A stretch of DNA of 64,000 bases, taken from contig NC_086377.1 in the NCBI RefSeq assembly GCF_036588685.1, forward strand, positions 80,414,001 through 80,478,000. Reading direction: 5' to 3'. The translations under genes were made by a program, and so were the position numbers. The notes below the pieces were generated by a model. That model ran no database searches and was not told the origin of the DNA. It saw nothing but the letters and a program-made list of their open reading frames with translations. Shown here one piece after another: positions 25,305-39,261 of the stretch (the stretch's first letter is position 1; the number at the start of each line of letters is the position of its first letter). This stretch comes from Mytilus trossulus (taxonomy: Eukaryota).

Positions 25305-27092
25305 AAACTAGAGGCTCTCAGAGCCTGTCGCTCACCTTGGTCTATGTGCATATTAAACAATGGAAACAGATAAATTCATAACAAAATTGTGTTTTGATGA
25401 TTGTTATGTGTTTGTACATCATACTTTACTGAAAATTCTAGTTGCTACAATTATCTCTATCTATAATGAACTTGGCCCGGTAATCACAGTGGAAAATATT
25501 TTCAAAAAATCTACAAAATTTTTTGAAAAACGTAAAAAAATTGACTATAAAGGACAGTAACTCCTAAAGGGGTCAACTAACCATATCATTCGTGTTGACC
25601 TTTTTGTAAATCTTACTCTGCTGAACATTGTTGCTGTTTACAGTTTATCTCTATCTATAATAATATTCAAGATAATAACCAAAAACATCAAAATTTCAAT
25701 AAAATTACCAATTCAGGGGCAGCAACCAAACAACGCATTGTTCGATTCATCTGAAATTTTCAGGGCAGTAAATGACATGATAAGCAATTTTACCCCATGT
25801 CAGATTTGCTCTAAAAGCTTTGATTTTTGAGTTGCAAAAATATATAAGCCAAAAACTGCATTTTACCCCTATGTTCTATTTTTAGCCATGACGGCCATCT
25901 TGAATAGTTGACCGGGTCACTGACACAATTTTTAAACAAGATACCCCAATGATGATTGTAGCTTAGTTAGTTTGGTTTAATTTGGCCGAGTAGTTTCAGA
26001 GGAGAAGATTTTTGTAAAAGATAACTAAGATTTTCTTAAAATGGTTAAAAATTGGCTATAAAGGGCAATAACTCCTAAGGGTCAACTGACCATTTCGGTC
26101 ATGTGACTTATTTGTAAATCTTACTTTACTGAACATTATTGCTGTTTACTGTTTATCTTTATCTAAAATATTATTCAAGAAAATAACCAAAAACAGTAAA
26201 ATTTCCTTAAAATTACAAATTCAGAGGCAGCAACCCATCAACGGGGCGTTCGATTCACTTGAAAATTATAGGGCAGATAGATCTTGACCTGATAAACAAT
26301 TTAACACAGTCATTTATGCTCTTTATGCTTTGGTTTTCAAGTTATAAGCCAAAAACTGCATTTTAACCCATTGTTCTATTTTCGCCATTGCGGCCATCTT
26401 GGTTAGTTGACCGGGTCACCGGACACAATTTTTAATCTAACTACCCAAATGATGATTGAGGCCAAGTTTGGTTTAATTTGGCCAAGTAGTGTCAGAGGAG
26501 AAGATTTTTGTAAAAGATTACTAAGATATACGAAAAATGGTTAAAAATTGGCTATACAGGGCAGTAACTCCTAAAGGGGTTAATTGACCATATCATTCGT
26601 GTGACTTATTTGTAAATCTTACTTTGCTGAACATTATTACTGTTAACAGTTCATCTCTATCTATAATAATATTCAAGATAATAACCAAAAACAGCAAAGT
26701 TTCCTTAAAATTACCAATTCAGGGGTAGCAACCCAACAATGGGTTGTTAGATTCATCTGAAATGTTCAGGGCAGATAGATCTTGATCTGATAAACAATTT
26801 TACCTCGTCAGATTTGCTCTAAATGCTTTGGTTTTTGTGTTATAAGCCAAAAACTGTATTTTACCCCTATGTTCTATTTTTAGTTGTGGCGGCCATCTTG
26901 ATTGGTTGACCGGGTCACCGGACACAATTTTTAAACTAGATACCCCCATTATGATTGTGGCCAAGTTTGATTTAATTTGGCCAAGTAGTTTCAGAGGAGA
27001 AGATTTTTGTAAAAGTTAACGACGACGGACGACGACGGACGACGACGGACGCCGGACGCAAAGTGATGAGAAAAGCTCACTCGGCCCTTTGG
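25305..27092 (+). mobile_element. Non-autonomous Helentron/HINE-like element with three ~500-bp internal tandem repeats and a GACG(G)AC microsatellite
   Basis: Starts AAACTAGAGGCTCTCAGAGCCTGTCGCTCACC (hairpin-like). Core units start at ~25538, 26049 and 26544. Ends (GACGACGGAC)n...AAGTGATGAGAAAAGCTCAC. A degenerate inverted copy lies at ~45290-46275 and an end fragment at 25220-25292. Confidence 0.7.
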
Positions 27093-27798
27093 ACAACAAA
27101 CTATTATTCTTCAATTAATGTACCTATATGATCACTAGACTCACTTAAAACATAGTCCACGTCCAATAGTTAAAATCTACGGAGCACTACGCAGCTGGTA
27201 CGATATTGAACTCTGGTGACAATTAAATATGACATAATGAAATGTTGCATGCAAAACAAAAGATGATACCGGCTTCAAACCGTCCATTTTAACACTGTAT
27301 ATTAGTATAATTGTAAAGGTGAACATAATAGTATTGGTTCAAGATCTGCGTCTAATAGATTTTATCTTTATTTTGGAAGACTGCTTTATTATGTAGTTGC
27401 CTCTAAGCAGCTTCCCGAACTCCAAGATCAGAATTTGTGCTTCGTGCAAATCTGATAAGTTAGGTTTTTGTCCCGGATTAAAAAAGTTTTCACAATTATT
27501 CTGCAAAGTACATTTAATGTTTCTGTAATTCAGTGTAGCCGTTACATGGTGTCCCGTCTAATTTGTTTTAATGTTAGACTTCTCGTTAGCATTATACCAA
27601 GGTTTGTCTTGTTGGGGTTTTGTTTAGCAGGTCACGACTATACGTGAAAGGTTTTGCATATTATTGTACGGAAACTTAATTTAATCCACTTCGATTTTTA
27701 TATTAGTGGCTATAAATGTGGTAAAACAGAAAAGATGAAATACACATTAAAAGTAATAAATGTTTATTAACTATATTATAACAAAATAGCTTCAACAA

Positions 27799-27958
27799 CA
27801 GAGGCGGATTTAGGGGGGGGGGCAGGGGGCCCGGGCCCCCCCTTTTGGAAAAAAAATTGGTTGCTTATATAGGGAATCACTGAAGCGTGACTGAAGTGGG
27901 CCCCCTCTTAGGTCAGTCAGTGGGCCCCCACTTATGAAAATTCCTGGATCCGCCACTG
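27799..27958. mobile_element. MITE with CAG.GGCGGAT TIRs and 5-bp TSD (hAT5-like)
   Basis: CAGAGGCGGAT...ATCCGCCACTG; TSD AACAA at 27794-27798 and 27959-27963. Confidence 0.8.
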
Positions 27959-28412
27959 AACAAGATCACATGTATTTGTTGCATCGTTGGCTGGCGTTTT
28001 ATAGACACATATTTAATGGATTGCATACTAGTATAACAAAACACATTTTTTGAGTGCACTATCACAAAATGTCTATAAATGTATTTCTACATTTAACTAG
28101 TTAAAACTTGTAAATGCATTTAACGGCATGTGAAGTTTGAAAACACGCAATTTTCATACCTTTGTCACTAAAAGACTATGTAACTATCATGATATAAAAC
28201 AACGAAACTGTAATAAGATACACAATGTACTTAATCAAGTCTATGTCCTCAATTCCCCATAAAACTTAGAACTTATATATACATACACACATTGATTATA
28301 CGTTACAGTATTTGATCAGGTTTTAAAGTGGCTACATAATATCTTTTTCATTTTTGTTCTCATAGTTTTCACTGAACATCAAATTGCACAAAAGCGGGGA
28401 TGTTAAAATCTA

Positions 28413-31400
28413 TCAATCTCTGTTTCTCAATTTGCGGAGTCTTTCAATTCGATCTGTCATCTCAGCCATTTTCAGCTCCTCAAATCGTTTTTCTAAAAGT
28501 AAAAAAAAAACATTGATAAAGTCAGTCATATAAAACTTATTGGTGGTCTACTTTTTTCAGTTCTTAAGTCGGGTTGTTCTCTCGATTTGACACATTCCCC
28601 ATTTCCATTCTCAATTTTATCTTTATTAAGTAGTATCGTTGGTAGCATCTTCTTTACACCCGATTATTGCATATTTTGTAATCGGTAATCGTTGTTCATC
28701 TTTTCTGTATGAACCTTGCTTTATTCTAAAAAAATGTAAACCGACAAGCTGGTGCAGATTTCTTAGTGTGTGATATCACAAAGTGACAAAACAGTTAGAC
28801 ATCTCAATAGTTCACTTCGTTAAAAAAAGAATTCAGAATTTGAATGTTGTTTGTTTAACTAGATTTCACTGCTTGTGAAAACACAATACAATACAAAATG
28901 ACACAAAAAAATTCCTGTACGTATATATAATGCCTCATGAAACTTATGCTTACCCTTTTCTTGCAAATCTGTCAGTATTTCCTCCACAGTGAACCCAGTT
29001 TTTAAAGCAAAGTCCATATCTTGAAGTAACCTGTCTTCAATCTGGGCTAAAACTACAACAAAAAGATTCCAGCATTTATATGGAACTAGAGGTTTAAACT
29101 ATCTTCAGTCCAATAAGATTTAAACTTGGTTCAAATACAGTCACTATAAAACGAACCCTTTTGTGTCTTTTTGTCGGGTTGTTGTCTTATTGACTTATAT
29201 ATCCCCTATAGTTAATAAGAAGATAAGTAAATATGCTCTTAATTACACAGAAATAACTTTCTAAGCACACTTTTTACTTTTGGAAACGTTTAAATAAGCA
29301 TCCTTTTTGAAAGACACTATCCTTTAAATCTGACAAAAAAACCCCGATCATTTATAGCAATACAGATGAGGATTTAGCGACACATCGGAACATTTATTTG
29401 TCGACTGTTTTACAAAATGATGTCAATAGTAATAAAAGACAACTTATGAATAAATTGTTCAGGACTTTTGTTTTATAAATGGTTCTATTTTTTTCCATGT
29501 CAAGGTCATAATGGTTTCTTTGTCGTTGTAATGGCCACACCTTTCATAGTTGACTATACAGTATAGTTTTGCACAAAGAAGAATGACGTGCCGTGACTTG
29601 TATTTGCATAAATCTACGTATATTTGACTCTGATTGACATTCTGTTTCATTTGCAATCATACCCCATCTGCTTATTTTATATCACACGTTGATCAATACG
29701 AGAAATACACACCTTCTTGTCTATACAGAGAAAATTTTCCTTCTTTTGGCTGCACTTCTTTGTTTTGGGATAAATCTTCTACAACATGATAATATACTAG
29801 TACTGTATATCAGAGATTAAAACAGGCAATATAGCAAACAAACAAAAAGAGAATTACTTAATTTGAGCAGTAATAAAAAGCAATTATTGATCATCAAAAC
29901 GAGCACAAAGGTGTTCAAACAAAAACATTTATTCATTTGTTTGGGGGAGTTTAAACGCCACTTTTAAGCACCACTCTTTGTGCTATTTCGTAGAGGCCAG
30001 TTTTTATTGGTGGAGGAAGCCGGAGTCCCAGGAGAAAACCACCGACCTTCGATATGAAAACTGACAATACTAGTCAATTCAGATCGGAGTCGAGAGCACC
30101 CGCATGAACGGAATTCGAACTCACAACCTCAGTGTTGACTGGCTAGTGATTATAGTAGTAGCTACTTGCATCACTCGACCATCGTGACCCCCAAAACATA
30201 AACAATCAAACTACCCAATGGTGCAATGTAACTTATTTTTTTACACAGTAAAGTTCTCCTTTAAATTTTTACACTTTAATTTAACTAAAAAGGGAATTGA
30301 AATGCAGCGTTGAAGAACCATTAGTTGATCTTGGCTGTCTTTGGTCCAGTTGTGTCTTTCAAATATCTATCAAATTATATCCAACATTCAAAATTTTCAC
30401 AAATTACAGCTGATTTTCTAATGCTTGCAAAGTAGAACTTTAGTTGGCTTTCTTGCTTTGTTTGTATAATTGTTGATACACGCTTTGTAAATAAGATTGA
30501 CATCTTTAAACAATATATATATAGGCATAGTTTAACCTGTATATACCGGTATTATATTTTGTTTTAATTGGGTGTTAACCGAATATGATTGTACAATATT
30601 CAAACAAAGCAAGCAAGCTAACCAAATTTTGTATCTACATGCATTAGGAAATTAGCTGTAAAATGTCTAATTGAAAGAGATGTTTAATGAAACTGAAAGA
30701 GCCGCGATTTAAACAATACCATACCTTTATCATCACGTTGTTGTACATTCTGTTTTGTTTCAGTGACTTTGGAAAGTTTACTTGCTAAGGACTTTAACAC
30801 TGCAGCATCATCAGTTCCTTTCTCGACAATAGGTTTATCATAAAATGATTCCTTATTTTCTAAAAAAAAAAATAATAAAATAAACAGCAACAAACACTTG
30901 ATAATTTTAAGTAACTCTTAATCCATGCTTTGCACCTGTCCTAATTCAGGAATCTGATGTACAGTAATTGTCGTTTGTTTATGCAATTTAAATGTGTTTC
31001 TCGTTTCTATTTTTTTATATAGATTAGACCGTTGGTTTTCCCGTTTGAATGGTTTTACACTAGTAATTTTGGGGCCATGTACAGCTTGTTGTTCGGTGTG
31101 AGCCAAGGCTCCGTGTTGAAGGCCGTATATTGATCTATAATGGTTTACTTTTATAAATTGTTATTTGGATGTGGAGAGTTGTCTCATTGGAACTCACACC
31201 GCTTCTTCCTATATCTATTAAGTTGCCAAATGTTATAGTTGAAATGTAATTGTTTAACGAAAGCGTGATTGATAATTCTCAATAACTGTTACAATTCGAC
31301 TTTTGATTGGTAAAATAAAAAAAAATACATTAGGAAATATGTAACACTTAACCCTTTGTATCGTAGTTGCAGTTCTTGAACCAATTCCTAACATAAATAC

Positions 31401-34400
31401 TAGTACTAGAACTAGAAGTATATAAATGATAATAAACCTACCAAGCTCTTCTCGTATCTTGGAATTCAATTTCTGCTGACGTTGGCGGTTTAAAGTATTT
31501 TTTAAGGCCTAAAAAGGAACGAAAATATTACTTAGACAAGAGAACAAATTCGAAATGACAAGGCAAAACTATAAATCACATGGTAGGACCAAACTAACTG
31601 TATAAATCAGGCTATCTGGACATTGCATACTTAGTATTTTGTTGTTGTTTTTCGTTGTTGTTTTTATGTTATGCACTTTTTAGATGAATATAATAGGAAG
31701 TTTTATATTGGTGGTTGCTATTGTTTTTAGTAAATTGTTTATACTATACTTTATGATTATTATTTAATCCTAAAGGTCGCTATAATGGGTTTGTCTTTCA
31801 CCAGTTCTTACCATTAAGACAGCTACTTCATCTGATGTTAGACTATCGTCAGACTTATCAGTGTCAGTGGTCTTGGATGTGACCATTGCTGATTCCTTGG
31901 CCTTGTTGATCGACTCTGGTTTCACTGTAGGTGGTAGAGTTGTTTTTATAGCTTGTTCTTCACCTTTTTCTATTTGTTGAAGCTAAATAAAAAAAAACCA
32001 CAAAATAAGTCAAGATATTTTAAGTATTATTAATAGAATTAAAAAAGAAGATGTGGTATGATTACCAATGAGACAACTCTCCACAAGAGACCAAAAGTAC
32101 TCAGACATTTACAACTATAGTTCATTGTACGGCCTTCAACAATGAGCAAAGCCCATACCGCATAGTCAGCAATAAAAGGCCCCGATATGACAATGTAAAA
32201 CAATTCAAACCACGAAAAAAACAGCGGCTTTATTTATATAAAAAATTGCCTTTACAATAACACACTAAGAAGCAAGTATATATAATTATATACGATGCGG
32301 TATGAATTCTAATGAGACATGATATAAAGACTGTTTTTCACAATACATGTAAGTTCAGTATTTTGATGTGATCTAAGAAGAATGATACATTTACAAACGT
32401 ATAACAACAACATGGTCAGCTCGAATTATTTTGGGGAACTAATTCTAAAATTTAAGATATTACATTGCAGTGTCATGATTACGAAATGAAAAGAAAGGGT
32501 GGACTGTTCTTTGTCTACTGTACATCTGCATTGTTTGACTTTGTTTTGGCCTTTCTGTTTTAATTTTGTGTCGTTTGGTTGCTGTCTTGTTTACTTATAC
32601 TCAGAATCTTATGTATTCACTTATCTTATACAAATTACTTACCAAGCCTTGAAGATTTGCTAGCTGCAAGATAAATAAATCAAACTGAAAATGAAGTCAT
32701 AGTCTTTACCAGTGAAAAATTCCTATCAGATTAAAATAACTTGCCTATTTGACAATTTGTATAGACATATTTCTATACTGTTGAAGACCCCATGTTGACC
32801 ACTCTAGGTGACATTACATTTACGTAGTTTAGTTTTTATTCATTATGTTGATATCAATGTTTACATGAAATAGTTTCTGATTACCAAATCACATATGATT
32901 TCGTTTATTTTCGTGGGTATGTATTTTCGAGGATTCAGGCAACTTGTATATTAACATGGATGTTTGATTTCGCTGTTATGCAAGAGTCTGCATTATAGAT
33001 GTACTACTTACACGGAGGATATACTAATTCGATCTTTTTACGTGCTGAGTTTGTAAGAAAACACGCCTTAATGAATTATAATTCAATCTAGTATGTTTAC
33101 ACCTCGTAAACATAACACAAACACACCGATTGTCTGGAATGTTGTAATAAATATGGTGTGAAGTTTGGTGTTACATTGTAAGTTTTGAAACAGTGGATAC
33201 ATCTTACACGTAGGTTACACTAATTCTATTTGAGAGTTGCACAAAGTCAATTTTACATTTTTAAGTTTTAGTTTTTTGTGAAATCTCTCCTTGGGAATAT
33301 ACAATACGAATTATGGTGTTAACACTGACACGCACTGATTTTCAAGCTTATAGAAATTTTGTAAATCGTTGAACTTTTTAATTTGTACTTTACCTGTTCC
33401 CTCAAATCCCACGAAAATTGGTACCCCACAAAAAAGTGTATTAGCTGTTGCAGTTTAGTTTGTTCGTGCACTCAATTCTCGCATTCAATTTAATATGACC
33501 GACTATTGTGTAAAGTCAAAAACTTTGATATATAACTAGACCAAGTGTTTGTATTATCTTAAGAATGTTAACCTTTTATCAGAGGTCAAATAAAGACAAA
33601 TATTTACCTTATTTACCTCAGTCGTAAAAGAAAGCTTTAGTTTAGATTATAGACTGTTATTGTAAAACTCCCTCTCAAGCTGTTGTCTCCGATTCGCGAT
33701 GTGTGGGCACAGTATTATTTTGTTTATAATCAACAAAATGATCATAAATGGATATTTTTTATTGTATGAGTTAAAAAAAATGTAGGGGTGGTGGGCGGCA
33801 TTTAGCTTGTTTCTCGTAGATATTTAAGTTGTTCTTTCACTCGGATATTTTTCGGCTAGGTTAATTTATTTTGATATTGTGATAAAGGTTTTACTGTATT
33901 TTCGACACATTAGTTCATGTTTATCACAGTTACTGACAGCTAATCAAAGCCAATAAAAGCTAATAAAAACATGTATCTAAGACTAAAGTATCAATCAGCA
34001 CCCATCCAACATCCAATGGATTTAGCGTAAAGACGTTATTTACAGTCAAAGAAACATTGACTTGAAAAATAAAATTCATGTGTACTCGCTACGAAATAAG
34101 AGGAAAGCTCGGCGATCCTCCCTTTTTCTGTTTCTAAAGCACATACTAATATTTTTTTTATCTAATTTTCCGGCAAGTATCATACATGTATATTGGATAT
34201 ACATATTAAATTGTTTGTTTGATTTCAATGCATTATTGTGACGTTGTCAAGGGAAGCATGAGCTGATTTGGAAGACCTCTAGGCTGAGGTTAGAAACATA
34301 TTCCGCACTGACCTCTAACTGCATGTCACAGATAGAATATTTTTCATTGCTTTTCTTGTGTTTGAAAATACTGACACATAATATAATGAAGTATGAAGCA

Positions 34401-37400
34401 ATAATCTTAGTTACCTTATTTTTCAGAATGTCAATCTGAAATATATATAAAAAAACATGATTTTCTTTTATAAATTTCTGCACTTTCTTGATTGAATGGT
34501 TTTACATTAATCATTTTTTGTGGGCCCTTTATATATAGCATGCTGTTCGGTGTAAGTCGAGGCTACGTGACCGAACGTTGACCTGTAATGGTTTACTATC
34601 ACACATTGTGACTTGGATGGAGAGTTGTCTTATTAGCACTCATACCACAACATCTTTTATCTCTTTGACATTGTCTTTTTCTTAGAAAATATCTTCCAAG
34701 TTATACAAAAACAATGTAGTGCACGAATAACAGCAATTCAATTTAATTCTTATCTTACAACCGATTTAAAACGGCAACACTTATAGTGTTAATTAAAAAG
34801 ATAAAATATACCAAAGGACAATTCTAAAATCTTATGTCGTTTACCATTTTTTTTGTTAACTATGCGCAAGGTTATGTATTTTTATTTATAAAAATAGTGT
34901 ATATGTTGAAGAACTTAAAAATGGCTTGTAATGTTTAAAGATTAGCGTCATAATAAAATAAAGAAACAACTATTTGTGTAATCTTATTTCTTACCTGACT
35001 ATTAGATCTTTTTGTTCTGGTACCTACATGTACTAAAAGATAAATTCACATTATTAGTGAAAAAAGTATAAAATATGTAGATATGTAAATATAACAAATG
35101 AAAGACCCTCAAAAGGTCAACTTTATTAAATCATGTTTCAACATATTACTGTACATTAACTTCAGTTTCAGGTATTGAGATGTGATTTCTGTCTGTGACA
35201 AGTACTTTTGACCAACCACAAGAATTTGCAGTCATCCAATGTTCAGTACTTCAGTACTTTGATTGATAGATTTTTTTAAAGTCTAGTGGCAAATATTTCA
35301 TGCATGATCAAAGCGAGTTGACTGTTTTGTTATGCATACATTAAGGTATTGTCTCAGATCTCTTAGTATCCAATGATGTCTATCGATTGTCAGCCTCAGG
35401 TCTCAAGGTATGGAATGATGTCTACCGATTGTCATTCGGCAATCCTCGGTATAATCCGCTAATCTCCTTCTGAGGGTACGGAATGGGCCGAGTTGAGACG
35501 AAAGTACCGATGGTGTGACATAGACAGTATTTCTTGTTATCTCCCTTTTATATCTTTTTATCTCTTAAACTTAAGTGAAATTAAACGAAAACTAAAATAT
35601 ATGTTTGCTTCATCTACATTATCAATTTAAGTCGACTGCGATTTATATAGTTTTCATACATTCCGAATACATTTGCAGTTTTCATGATTCTTCTTATATT
35701 TTAAGCAATTTTTTTCCGTTTTCTAATGTATTGCTAAAATTGTCAGTCTGCAATCGTATAATGTCTGTCGATTTTATGGGAAAATCTGTATTTCTTGCCA
35801 ACTTGTAATATCTGTTTACTTTGTAATCTAAAGTAAACTCAGTCGAAACCTACAATAATGTGAAGGGCTTTCGGTACTTTATCACTTTTCAATAAGGTTA
35901 TAAATTAATATAAATTGAATTTTATGGTAGTTTAAATGATAACGTGGTATTGTAATCTATTTAAAAGCATTTAAAGTGTACACTACTACCTAGTGTAGAT
36001 ACGAGTAAAGGAAAATAAGTTTTCAATATCAAAAGATGCCTGGTACGTAGGCCACTGGGCCACTATAGATACTCCAAGGGTTGCCGACAATATAGTTGTT
36101 AATGTTTCAATTGTGTCATTTTGGTCTTTTGTGGATAGTTGTCTCATTGGCAATCATACCACATCTTCTTTTTTATATTTTCAATATCAAAAGATGTATG
36201 ATAGTACGAAGACCACTGGGCCACTATAGATTTAGCTACTCCAATGGTTGTCGTCACACTATACATATTAGATCTTCAACAATAACGTACTTAAATGTTT
36301 ATTCTAGCTAACCTTTCGGACAGCAGACAGCCCATCGATCTGCATCTGCAGGGTGCACGTGACACGAGTAGTCATCGGGACAACCAGTAGATCCTGGACC
36401 ACAATATACATTGGGTAAATAATCGCCATGGTTACAATATGCTGCAAAGACAATATAAATTATGCTCAAATGAAGTGGATGTTAGCAATTATATGTAATT
36501 ATACGCCCTTCAACAATGTGAAAAAACCTATACTATATTGCCGACTATAAAAGCACACAAAAAAGTATTAAACAATTTAATTGAGAAAACTAACGCCCAT
36601 TTAAGGGGATAGACCTTGGTTCAGGGAGATAACTCTTTAAATCAGTTATGCGTTTGTAAAAGTCAAGTATCATCAATGTATTTTAAGCATTTACCTGAAA
36701 CACATTAGAAATAATCTATGTAACCTAGAAGCTTAGAATATATTTATGAAAATGGTTGACAAAAACGAACTGATGATTTTAAGAGTTATTTCCCTTAACC
36801 TAGGCCTACCTCCTTAAACAATTTTCGAAAATATTACAGACATGTCTTAACGATAACAATTGAACTAAAGGCTACTGAATTGGGACAGGTAAAGAACATG
36901 GCGGGGTTAAGCATGTTTGTTAGCGATCAGTCCATACCTATACTGGCACAGTGGTGTTACAGCACAATATAAGAACAAACTATTAAAGTCAGTTAAAAAG
37001 GACTTTACTCTTCATATTGATAACAGGAGAAACAACGTAAAAACACGAACTGGACGACGTAGGGTATTTAGTATGCAACCCTCATCCCAACAAAAAAATT
37101 GGCAAATTTAATGTGATTAATACCGAGTTGTATTGTAGGGACTACTTCATATATTTCAATATCAACTAACATTGTTTAAATCAAGCAGACATATTAACTC
37201 AATAATTATAGTCCATAGTCATACAGGCAAGTGAATATCTGCTCATAAGACGTGATGTGGTGACCTTCTGCTGGTGTCTGTTCTATTGTCGGGTTGTTGT
37301 CTTTTTGACACATTCTCCATTTCCATTCTCAATTTCATTGGTAGAAATCTAATTTTATTTGAAACCAAAATTCGACTATAAATCATGAATAAGTTTCAAT

Positions 37401-37532
37401 ACAATGAGCAATCGAATTTATTACTAAATATAAAGAAGAAAAAAGTAAAAGAAACTTACGTTGATCAGTCAAGAAAGCTTCTGCAATAGCTAACACACAG
37501 AAAAAACACAGTGTAACAATTATAACATTCAT
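28413..37532 (-). CDS. Uncharacterised secreted coiled-coil proprotein, 10 coding exons, 256 aa
   Basis: Hand-spliced GT-AG exons 37460-37532, 34995-35032, 34415-34435, 32643-32663, 31812-31982, 31442-31508, 30725-30859, 29713-29778, 28954-29052 and 28413-28492 total 771 nt with all phases compatible. Signal peptide MNVIIVTLCFFCVLAIAEA, furin site RTKR, C-terminus ...EKRFEELKMAEMTDRIERLRKLRNRD*. Minus-strand AATAAA at ~27763. Confidence 0.8.
29945..30192 (-). mobile_element. tRNA-derived SINE with V-type core
   Basis: Minus strand has an A-box-like TGGTCGAGTG, a B-box GAGTTCGAATTCC, core GGTTTTCTCCTGGGACTCCGGCTTCCTCCACC and tail AAAGTGGCGTTTAAAC. An internally deleted copy lies at ~57760-57930. 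Confidence 0.75.
36605..36813. mobile_element. Kolobok-like MITE (TTAA TSD, ~40-bp TIRs)
   Basis: TTAA|GGGGATAGACCTTGGTTCAGGGAGATAACTCTT ... AAGAGTTATTTCCCTTAACCTAGGCCTACCTCC|TTAA. Confidence 0.75.
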
Positions 37533-38119
37533 CTTAACCTTTCTTATGTGTATGTTATGGTATGTTTACTTCTAACAGTGTATGGAATATATCACTTTTA
37601 CTAGTACTGTCCAAAACAATTATCGGCGTAAATAGAAAATTTCAGAAGCTTTATTTCCTTTTAAACATGCAGACTATTTCCTAAATCTCTAATATTATCG
37701 GTACACTATTTTACTAATTCCATATATGTCCAATTTGACGTAAATTAAAGAATGTTATTCCGTCAACACCCTTAAACAATCCTCCAAACTCCACTGTGCG
37801 TCATAATTTAACTGTTAAATTTAAATGATATGCAAACTTATAAATACTATCTAAAGCTCTTAAAATTTACATTGAATATTTATGGACTGGGCTACTTCCG
37901 GTCCGTCTGCTAAGCAATGATGGAATGTTGATAACGGTTTATTTAAAATTTTGAAAATACTGTCATTACCCAACATGATATGGACTTCTGTGATTTTACT
38001 TTATCTTCAACGTAATACTTGCTGCTGTGATTGTACTTGATCTTTTCTTACTTAAATTATTGTTTTATTTCACAATACTGATTTGTGATATCATCCTAAT
38101 AAAATACAAAGATTAGTAG

Positions 38120-39261
38120 TGTAACGTGTAACCGGGCGGGGACGTTTAGATGTTTTTATCCTCGGGTTCGTACCAGTTTCCTGGATTTGAAAAGCAATTC
38201 AAAAGTTCTAAAGTCAATAAAAAGTTACACTATCACTATCAAATATGAAACAAATACTTAACTACATACAACGATTTTAAACACCTATCAACCTAACCCG
38301 AACTTGTTGAATTAAAACTGTTTAAAACCCTTTCTGTCCGATACTGTTTAAAACCAACTGTTTGAAACTATAGTCTGGAACCTAAATGTATAGAACTGGT
38401 TTGAAACCTAAATGTATAAAACTGGTCTGGAACCTAAATGTATGAAACCGGTCAGACGGTTTGGAACTATTGTCTGAAACCTAAATGTTTGGAACCTGTC
38501 TGGAACCTAAATGTTTGAAACTGGTCAGACGGTTTGGAACTATTGTCTGAAACCTAAATGTTTGGAACCTGTCTGGAACCTAAATGTTTGGAACCTGTCT
38601 GGAACCTAAATGTTTGAAACGGGTCAGACGGGTTGGAACTATTGTCTTAAACCTAAATGTTTAAAACGGGACTAAACCTTAATGTATCAAACCGGCTGAA
38701 ACCAAAATAAAACGAATGTATGGAAACTATTCAAACTGTTGTTAACTTTCTACGAATGAAACTTTATTAAAATATATTTATAAAACTGTTGGAACAGGGT
38801 AGCACTAAGGTATGGTTTAACAGCAAACACTCACTGCAATAGTGAGAGATGTGGAACGCAAAACCTTAGCACTAACCCTGTTTATACAACTTCTACGGAA
38901 CCAAAACTATTCTTCTCAACAGGTTTCAAACACTCCACTTTGTTTGAATACTCCTGCTACTCGTCTTTAAATATTAACGGCCTAACCTTTTCAATCTTCT
39001 TCTTCTTACGACGTCTCTGATAAGAATGACAATTTACACTGGATAGCTACCACTATTTATAAATACTTCTAACGCGGACCTCGAAGAGAGCACCCTAGTA
39101 ACAACTGTACAGGTAAAGCGTCTGATAGCAACCAAGGATAAAGGGATGATTTTAGAAACAGTTTTCAACGATAAACGGATAATAAGGGAAATTAATAGAG
39201 ATATCGGAAAATATAAAACTGTAGAACTATTATAACCTTCTTAAACTGCAAATTCGTAACA
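38120..39261 (-). mobile_element. Solo LTR (1142 bp) with internal tandem repeats
   Basis: TGTAACG...CGTAACA termini; 4-bp TSD GTAG at 38116-38119 and 39262-39265; GGAACCTAAATGT repeats at 38370-38680; minus-strand TATA-like motif at ~39060 and AATAAA at ~38765. Confidence 0.75.

Noticed and set aside
30095-30190. tRNA gene
   Set aside because: A/B boxes are followed by a SINE core and tail; no convincing cloverleaf.
31352-31386. Extra exon for the secreted protein (GIGSRTATTIQR)
   Set aside because: Weak donor, and inclusion shifts the next exon into a frame with a stop.
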